DNA of 64,000 nt from Eledone cirrhosa (taxonomy: Eukaryota): assembly GCA_964016885.1 (NCBI GenBank), contig OZ024741.1, positions 29,264,001 through 29,328,000 of the forward strand. The letters are read 5' to 3'. The position numbers were made by a program, and so were the translations under genes. Under the pieces are notes generated by a model. The model was not told the origin of the DNA. It ran no database searches and saw only the letters and a program-made list of their open reading frames with translations. Shown here in pieces: positions 54,022 through 64,000 of the stretch; the stretch's first letter is position 1; each line of letters begins with the position of its first letter.

Positions 54022-54266
54022 GTGGTTACACAACAGTTTGTTCACCATATCGAGAACAATTGTTTCACCTTAGCGGCTGTTCAGCTCGCAATGGACATGT
54101 TATACGGAACCGTATAACCATGTCCATTACGAGCTGAGGATGCGCTAAGGTGAAACAATTGTTCTCGGTATGGTGAACTAACTGTTGTGTAACCACTTCT
54201 ACCTAACTCTTCCCATGGACTGAGTGCTCTACCACTACGGATATTACCTTCCAGTGTTCTACCACT
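54017..54266. mobile_element. Fold-back element with HHRs at 54051-54088 (-) and 54130-54167 (+)
   Basis: Arms 54017-54106 and 54111-54201; consensus CGAG-CTGAnGA-GCC gctaa GGT-GAAA-CAATTG-TT-CTCG; TA-flanked. Confidence 0.8.
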
Positions 54267-54465
54267 ATATATATATATATATATATATTGTTTACAAAAG
54301 TGGCCGAATTTATTACAGGGATTTCCGGCCATGACCCACTCACTCAATGAGACAATAAACTTGCGGTTATGAAGTTGAATCTTAAAGTTCAGAGTGCACA
54401 CATTATAGTTAGTCAGTGTTCTGGTAATGATACCTCACGTAACTATCTCCTGTATTTATATGTTC

Positions 54466-54496
<31 letters not shown>

Positions 54497-54568
54497 TGTA
54501 TGTATGTATGTATGTATGTATGTATGTATGTGTGTCTGTGTGTGTGTGTGAGGGAGAGGGAGTGCATA

Positions 54569-54606
<38 letters not shown>

Positions 54607-54644
54607 TGTGTATGTGTGTGTGTGTGTGTGAGGGAGAGTGTGTA

Positions 54645-54678
<34 letters not shown>

Positions 54679-55384
54679 TGTGTGTGAGAGCGTGTATGTG
54701 TGTGTTTAGATGTAGGCACAGATATTTTAGTGTTCTGAATAAAGAAACTGTATAAACATACTGGACATATGTTGTCAGACAACAACAGTGATATGAAAGG
54801 ACTTAGAAAGCAGTTATTGCTGTTAAAGACGAGCCAGGAAATGAAATATCACCTACTGGATGTACCATTTATTAATTGGACTAGAAGAAAAACCACCCGT
54901 CGTGTGGTTTTCTGCTAGCATGTGTAGTGTGCACATTGATATTATACGCAAGTATATATGCATGTAGATATGATATATCAAATAACATCGTAATTGACAA
55001 TATACACAGAAATTGAACGAAGACTGAGTTACACTGTCTTATGTAATCAGTAACGTAATCCATGATACATTAAAATAGACGATATTATATATAAACTGCA
55101 TTAGGAGAAAATTAGTGACGGAATATATATGAATATTTATTTAAGCGATCGCTAAGCGGGAGTGTTGACATTTGAAAATTTTAAAGAAGTGAATCTTTAA
55201 ATAAACAATAAAATATATTTAATCAACAGCCACGAAATTTAGGAGATAAATTATTATGTAATATTCATTCATTATTTATTCAAATTAAACCAACTTATTT
55301 TACTAATGGGATAAAAAATTATAAGCTGTACCCAGTCCCGCACTCCTTACTTTATTATAGTTTAGATATATACATATATCCAAC

Positions 55385-55875
55385 ATAATGATTTCTAGTA
55401 TAGACACAAGGCCAGTAATTTGGGGTGAGTGAAAAGTCGATTAAATCGACCCCAGTACGTTACTGGTACTTTATTTTATCGACCTCGTAAGGATGAAAGG
55501 TGGAATTTGAACTCAGACCGTAAAGGACCGTAACTCTATGCTGCAAAGCATGGTGTCCGACCCTCTACCGATACTGCCAATCCATCGCCCTCACATATAT
55601 ACAACATAATATAATTAGTTGAAATTGTCCCTGCATATATTATATGTAATGCGCTCTTAATAGAAAAACATTGCACAACAATATAAATAATTGTTTCTAC
55701 TTTAGGCACAAGGCCAGCAATTACCCAGTTCATTACTGGTACTTTATTTTATCGACCCCGTAAGGATGAAAGGCAAAGTCAACCTCGGCGGGATTTGAAC
55801 TCAGATCGTAAAGGGACGTAACTATGCTGGAAAGCATGGCGTCCGACCTCTACTGATACTGCCAATCCACCACCG
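55385..55875 (-). mobile_element. Two MetaSINE-like copies
   Basis: 55385-55589 and 55688-55875. Confidence 0.85.
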
Positions 55876-55904
55876 CACAACAATATAAATAATCTACCTA
55901 TACT

Positions 55905-56140
55905 ATAGTTTGATTCCCGGCGGTGCGTTGTGTCCTTGAGCAAGACACTTTATTTCACTTTGCTCCAGTCCACTCAGCTGGCAAAATTGAGTTGTACCTA
56001 CAGTTCAAATGGCCAACCATGTTAAGGCGGTGTATGTCTGTGGAATGCTCAGCCACTTGTACGTTAATTTCATGAGCAGGCTGTTCCGTTGATCGAATCA
56101 ACTGGAACACTCGTCGTCGTAACCGACGGTGTGCCTCAGT
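55905..56140 (+). mobile_element. CORE-like tRNA SINE fragment
   Basis: B-box remnant gtttgattccc followed by gtgtccttgagcaagacacttt. Confidence 0.55.
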
Positions 56141-56379
56141 CAGTTACGATATTATTAAAGTCTTTTGTCCAAGTTGCAATGAATTGATAACAATACAGAA
56201 ATACTGATGGTGATAATACTAAAGTAATTGAAATACAAAACATGATGAATTCGTTATGACATTGGTAGTAGCAGTAAATGGAAATATAGATGAAATGTTA
56301 ATACATATATATATATATATATACATTATTATATATTAGTGCTACTGTTTATGAGTGGGGGTAATATAACATAACTCAC

Positions 56380-56409
<30 letters not shown>

Positions 56410-56410
<1 letters not shown>

Positions 56411-56739
56411 GGTAAGTTATTTCGGGTTGAATTGGACGTAACCCCAGTAAGTAAGGTACTCAATACATAGCAGAGTATAACAGTTTTAATATAGATGAGA
56501 TTCTACAGGACTAGAACTGTTTCATTCTTGAGAAATCATGTATATAACGAAGGATGTGTGGTAAGGAACCAGATCGACCATAACGCACCAGAGTCCCCAA
56601 TACTTAGGGTAGTAGAGCGGGTAATAGGAAAATGTTTAACCCCGACGGCAGAGCTCAAGCCGTTTCGACGGCTATTTCTGGCTCCAGAAATAATAGCCGC
56701 CGAAACGGCTTGAGCTCTGCCGTCGGGGTTAAACCTTTT

Positions 56740-56744
<5 letters not shown>
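56410..56744. mobile_element. Adjacent 3' ends of two PLE-type families (17273 family at 56410-56540; 50971 family fold-back at 56545-56744)
   Basis: Sequence matches to the named loci; inverted repeat 56624-56744. Confidence 0.7.
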
Positions 56745-56806
<62 letters not shown>

Positions 56807-57829
56807 TTCCCTCTCTCTCTATATATATATATCCTGAAAAAGGAACGAGAAATACATATATATATATATTCACACATATATATATACATATATATAATTT
56901 AAAGCGTATCTTCATCTGTCGACTGTTTTACGTATACTTTAGTATAAATGTATACATTACATATTACGGCTCCGATTTCATTCTATAGTTTATCAGATAA
57001 TTCTGAATCGAATAATCGTTGTGTACGTTATAGATTATGTCTTCGATGTAGTACTGTTGCTTCTCAGTAAATTGATTTCCGAAGAATAGACATGGTGAAA
57101 TGTGTATAATATGTTATGTATTTGTTTCCTTCTATATTTTAAATGCTATATAGGCCATCAACGCCGAATAATAATTCTAGTCGTCATATTCCTCTATAAT
57201 AACAAGGAAGATATGAAGGAATATTTACACGAATATTACCATGAATATAACAACAACAGCAACAAACATTACAACAACTACATTCTATATTGTAGCATAG
57301 TAATGCTTCCAGCAGGTATTATGTAGTTTCACATTTCGAGAAGATAGATATAGAAAATATACAACGATAGACCTGAACACGGAGACTAAATGAAATATAT
57401 CATCACGAAAATACGCAGTTGGTATATGCAAGATTTAAAAAAATGCATGAATTACAAAATTAATTGATGATGGAAGGAACGTAAATATCCCCCCCCCCCC
57501 CCGAAAAAAAACCCCAAGAGAAAATGTATGTATTAAGAAAAGGAAAAATGGTGAAACACTATTTGACGGCAATGATGGTGACTTATCACTAGAACGAAAG
57601 GGAAATTTGTACTTCAATTGTTGTTGAATGTGAAACGAGAGATGGGGAGAGCAGGAGAGACGGAGGCAGTAACGGTGGAAGTTTGCTTCCATTGTGTTCA
57701 GACTTGTTATATATATATATATTATTTATATATATATATATATTATTTATCACACCACATTAGTGCCATGTTGCTAATGTAAAAGATGTCACTTAGATAC
57801 ACAAAGCGTAATGTACTTTAAATGTAGGT

Positions 57830-60800
57830 GTCTAAATATTTGGGGCAACACACACATACACACAAAGAAATATGTAAATGTCTATCTACACATACACACA
57901 CACACATACACACACATACATACACACACACACATACACACACACATACACGCACAGAAATATGTAGATGTCTAACTACACACACACATACACATACATA
58001 CACACATACACACAAAGAAATATGTAGATGTCTAAGTACACACATACATACACATACAAACGCACACATACACACAAAGAAATATGTAGATGGCTAACTA
58101 CACACACACATACACATACATACACACATACACACAAAGAAATATGTAGATATCTAACTACACACAAAGAAATATGTAGATGTCTAACTACACACACACA
58201 TACACATACACACAAAGATATATGTAGATGTCTAACTACACACGCACATACACATACACACAAAGAAATATGTAGATATCTAACTACACACAAAGATATA
58301 TGTAGATGACTAACTACACACACACATACACATACACACAAAGATATATGTAGATGGCTAACTACACACACACATACACATACACACAAAGATATATGTA
58401 GATGTCTAACTACACACACACATACACATACACACAAAGAAATATGTAGATATCTAACTACACACAAAGATATATGTAGATGTCTAACTACACACACACA
58501 AACACACACACACAAAGATATATGTAGATGTCTAACTACACACACACATACACATACACACAAAGATATATGTAGATGTCTAACTACACACACACATACA
58601 CACACACACAAAGATATATGTAGATGGCTAACTACACACACACATACACACACACACAAAGATATATGTAGATGTCTAACTACACACACACATACACAAA
58701 CACACAAAGATATATGTAGATGGCTAACTACACACACACATACACATACACACAAAGATATATGTAGATATCTAACTACACACAAAGATATATGTAGATG
58801 GCTAACTACACACACACATACACATACACACAAAGATATATGTAGATGGCTAACTACACACACACATACACATACACACAAAGATATATGTAGATATCTA
58901 ACTACACACAAAGATATATGTAGATGGCTAACTACACACACACATACACATACACTCAAAGATATATGTAGATGGCTAACTACACACACACATACACATA
59001 CACACAAAGATATATGTAGATGGCTAACTACACACACACATACACATACACACAAAGATATATGTAGATATCTAACTACACACAAAGATATATGTAGATG
59101 GCTAACTACACACACACATACACATACACACAAAGATATATGTAGATGGCTAACTACACACACACATACACATACACACAAAGATATATGTAGATGGCTA
59201 ACTACACACACACATACACATACACACAAAGATATATGTAGATATCTAACTACACACAAAGATATATGTAGATGGCTAACTACACACACACATACACATA
59301 CACACAAAGATATATGTAGATGGCTAACTACACACACACATACACATACGCACAAAGATATATGTAGATGGCTAACTACACACACACATACACATACACA
59401 CAAAGATATATGTAGATATCTAACTACACACAAAGATATATGTAGATGGCTAACTACACACACACATACACATACACACAAAGATATATGTAGATGGCTA
59501 ACTACACACACACATACACATACACACAAAGATATATGTAGATGGCTAACTACACACACACATACACACACACACAAAGATATATGTAGATGGCTAACTA
59601 CACACACACATACACATACACACAAAGATATATGTAGATGTCTAACTACACACGCACATACACATACACACAAAGAAATATGTAGATATCTAACTACACA
59701 CAAAGATATATGTAGATGACTAACTACACACACACATACACATACACACAAAGATATATGTAGATGGCTAACTACACACACACATACACATACACACAAA
59801 GATATATGTAGATGTCTAACTACACACACACATACACATACACACAAAGAAATATGTAGATATCTAACTACACACAAAGATATATGTAGATGTCTAACTA
59901 CACACACACAAACACACACACACAAAGATATATGCAGATGTCTAACTACACACACACATACACATACACACAAAGATATATGTAGATGTCTAACTACACA
60001 CACACATACACACACACACAAAGATATATGTAGATGGCTAACTACACACACACATACACACACACACAAAGATATATGTAGATGTCTAACTACACACACA
60101 CATACACAAACACACAAAGATATATGTAGATGGCTAACTACACACACACATACACATACACACAAAGATATATGTAGATATCTAACTACACACAAAGATA
60201 TATGTAGATGGCTAACTACACACACACATACACATACACACAAAGATATATGTAGATGGCTAACTACACACACACATACACATACACACAAAGATATATG
60301 TAGATATCTAACTACACACAAAGATATATGTAGATGGCTAACTACACACACACATACACATACACTCAAAGATATATGTAGATGGCTAACTACACACACA
60401 CATACACATACACACAAAGATATATGTAGATGGCTAACTACACACACACATACACATACACACAAAGATATATGTAGATATCTAACTACACACAAAGATA
60501 TATGTAGATGGCTAACTACACACACACATACACATACACACAAAGATATATGTAGATGGCTAACTACACACACACATACACATACACACAAAGATATATG
60601 TAGATGGCTAACTACACACACACATACACATACACACAAAGATATATGTAGATATCTAACTACACACAAAGATATATGTAGATGGCTAACTACACACACA
60701 CATACACATACACACAAAGATATATGTAGATGGCTAACTACACACACACATACACATACGCACAAAGATATATGTAGATGGCTAACTACACACACACATA

Positions 60801-61457
60801 CACATACACACAAAGATATATGTAGATATCTAACTACACACAAAGATATATGTAGATGGCTAACTACACACACACATACACATACACACAAAGATATATG
60901 TAGATGGCTAACTACACACACACATACACATACACACAAAGATATATGTAGATGGCTAACTACACACACACATACACACACACACAAAGATATATGTAGA
61001 TGGCTAACTACACACACACATACACATACACACAAAGATATATGTAGATGTCTAACTACACACACACATACACATACACACAAAGATATATGTAGGTGGC
61101 TAACTACACACACACATACACATACACACAAAGATATATGTAGATATCTAAATACACACAAAGATATATGTAGATATCTAACTACACACAAAGATATATG
61201 TAGATGGCTAACTACACACACACATACACACACACACAAAGATATATGTAGATGGCTAACTACACACACACATACACACACACACAAAGATATATGTAGA
61301 TGGCTAACTACACACACACATACACACACACACAAAGATATATGTAGATGTCTAACTACACACACACATACACATACACACAAAGATATATGTAGGTGTC
61401 TAAATGCACACACATACACATACACACACACAGCCACACACACATACACACACATAC
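57830..61457. repeat. Compound minisatellite of 48-bp and 30-bp units with a 1410-bp higher-order repeat
   Basis: Unit aaagatatatgtagatggctaact + CA-rich spacer; rare variants recur 1410 nt apart. Confidence 0.92.
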
Positions 61458-62629
61458 AGAGTTAGTGCGTCAGTAATTTGTTGGTAGTTGCCTGGTTCAT
61501 TTTTGGCTTTGTAACAGGAGTTATGAGATGAGTTATGGAAGCTGAATGAATGAAAGGTTTGTTCGTTGAGTCCATAGCAAATGAGCGAAGTGTATCTCAG
61601 CGAGTCGAGATAATTGTGGTTGCGAAGTCTTGCTATGCTCGATGAAACCAGTAGTTGCAGTCTCTTGTAGAGGGTGATGTGATGATATTGATATGTATTT
61701 ATAAATGAATCAGAGACTGTTAATTTTTATGTTTTTGTTGGTTGCATGATTTACTCCCAAATCCTCCGCAGCAGAACATAAATATATTATTTTTATAGAT
61801 GATACACATATGTTTGTGATGTGTTAGTTTGGTTGGATTATCTGTGTTAATGTAGAATGTAAATTCTGCTAAACTTAGTAGAAGTATGTATTCGTAGCCA
61901 CTAACTTGGAAGCAAACGGGACTCTGTGGCTGAGCGAAAAGGCAGAGTGTACTGTCTGGGGTCAAAATGTTTTGTATATATAATGACTAAGTCTCCAGAA
62001 GCTTAAAACGGATCACCTTTCTTTTTAAATAAAGACAGTAAATCAAACGACGATAATGTGAGTTCAAATAAAAGAACTGGTATCTAAATTAAGATGAAAG
62101 AGTTTAAAGGGCAGTGTGTGTGGTGATATGAGACTATTTGCAAACATGAGAAAAATCTCATTGAGGTTTCGCTACATTAGTTTCCCGCCCATATCGATGC
62201 AGGAACAGAGTTCTATTATAGAAGAGGTTGCGAAATCGGATTGCTAACGTACGCTTTGTGGGATCGTGACCTTTCTGGCTTCATGTAATCGAACCTTGAG
62301 TTGTTCTTTCAAGTTGAAAAAACCAATGTCTATTCCTCAATTTGTCGGGAAGATAATACTAGGTTGATATCGAAGTAAAGCTATTGGCTTTTGTGTGCAA
62401 TTCCAAGTAGAATGTCCATCTGCAACTGTTTGAGTTGCACGCCGAGTCTCGGGGCTTGCATTCTGAAAGCTATTCCGCTATATCAACACTAGTTGTGAGT
62501 GAAAGGGACAGAACTATCTCGTTATATCACACATAAACCAATTTGCATATCTATGTTTTGTGTGAAAATACAATTTGGAAATGTTTGTGGCTATGTGTTA
62601 GTGCATGTGCGCACATGTGTATACACATA

Positions 62630-62810
62630 TAATTGTTTCTACTTTTGGCACAAGACCAGCAATTACCCAGTGCATTACTGGTACTTTATTTTATCGACCC
62701 CGTAAGGATGAAAAGCAAAGTAAACCTCGGCGGGATTTGAACTCAGAATGGCAAGGACTGTAACTCTATGCGTCAAAGCATGGCGTCCAACCCTCTACAG
62801 ATACTGCCAA
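62630..62810 (-). mobile_element. tRNA-derived SINE (MetaSINE-like)
   Basis: Reverse-complement copy. Confidence 0.85.
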
Positions 62811-63086
62811 TAATACATAAATTTCATGCACGAGATAATGAGCCCATCACCCTCTTCCCTTTGCCCCCCTTTCTCCTGTGGTCCAAGAGTCCTTGCCTTT
62901 TTCCCTCCTTTACCTCTCATTTATAGCATTAATAGACCTTTCATCTTCTTTCCCATACAGCCAGATCTGCCCTTCTTTACTCCTTCCACTTTTTCTCATT
63001 ACTAAATTTTGTTTTTATCTGTTTTTCATATTTATGTAATTATTAATGGTTTTTAAGCCAACTTTGTGATATATTACAGTTATAAA

Positions 63087-63277
63087 TAATTGTTTCTACT
63101 TTTGGCACAAGGCCAGCAATTACCCAGTTTATTACTGGTACTTTATTTTTATCGACCCCGTAAGGATGAAAGGCAAAGTTAACCTCGGCAGGATTTGAAC
63201 TCAGACCATAAAGGACCGTAACTCTATGCTGCAAAGCATGGCGTCCGACTCTCTACCGATACTGCCAATCCACCGCC
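63087..63277 (-). mobile_element. tRNA-derived SINE (MetaSINE-like)
   Basis: Full reverse-complement copy. Confidence 0.85.
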
Positions 63278-64000
63278 ATTACAGTTATAAATAATGAAGC
63301 TATAAAGAATAATAATAAAAAAAACATATATACATCTATTTGAAATATAACTGAAGGTTGAAGAAAAACAAAATATCAAATTGATTAAACTGCAAAACAT
63401 GAATGTGTGTGGAAGTTATAAAAAGGGAACAGCTAGAGTTCGTGATCGAAGGTTTGTTTTATAGGATGAAAAAACAGTTGTAAACAGTTAGAGTTCATAC
63501 AGTTCTTGTGTGCGTATGTGTGTGAGTGAGTGTGTGTATGTGTATGCGTGTGTGAGTGTGTGTGTGTGTGCGTGCGTGAGTGGTTTTTTGTGAATAACTG
63601 TTGTCGTTGCCATGGGCCAGAATTTGATTTTTTTGGTCTGCTTGTTGTTGTTGTAACGGAGTTTGGTATTGAAAACGTTCCTGTTATTGTTGTTGCCTCA
63701 TGGTGTTGTTGTTGTTGTCGTTATTGTTGTTGTTGTTGTTGCGGTGATATTGGCGTGGGGAAGACTATTTACTCCAATCACATTGATATTTATTTCCAAA
63801 TGAACAAAACACCGTTAAATTCATGTGTTTCTGGGTGGCTTAATTTATTTCAAATCACGTGCAGTAGAACAACAGAAATATATGTTTTTATATATGGTAC
63901 ACGTATAATTGTGGCGTGTTAAGTTGGTAGGAGTGTGTCTGTGAATATTGAATCTAAAATTCTATTAACCTTAGTTGATTGAGGTGGCTATGTGTAACCA

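Noticed and set aside
57976-61455. 1159-aa ORF ([16 protein letters not shown] repeats)
   Set aside because: It is a translation of a minisatellite with no domain or expression evidence.
61460-62480. Possible highly decayed minus-strand retroelement (IDMGG-like trace)
   Set aside because: The motifs are too degenerate to assign without a profile search.

Overview
This is AT-rich animal DNA, most likely an octopod cephalopod (inferred from the SINE types and the very dense (TA)n/(CA)n microsatellites). I found no supportable host protein-coding gene, and nearly all long ORFs in the track are microsatellite artefacts. The window is a repeat landscape with three Penelope-like element (PLE) families carrying RT + GIY-YIG, decayed R4/Dong, CRE, RTE and CR1 LINE fragments, about 20 tRNA-derived SINE copies and several mini/microsatellites. 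The main signal, read by eye, is about 25 type I hammerhead ribozyme (HHR) motifs from roughly 15 sequence families in 64 kb. They lie either in the 3' ends of the PLEs or in small non-coding elements inserted in (TA)n tracts. Many of these elements are fold-backs with an inverted 5' copy of their own 3' end, and two are tandem arrays of 468-nt and 313-nt units resembling circRNA-forming retrozymes. Several families share a 3' ACTCT..GAGTRCT tail motif. The HHRs include U3-A8 core covariants, very long stem/loop II forms and one non-canonical core. All folds were derived manually, none was computed or tested, and boundaries are approximate to within about 10 nt.
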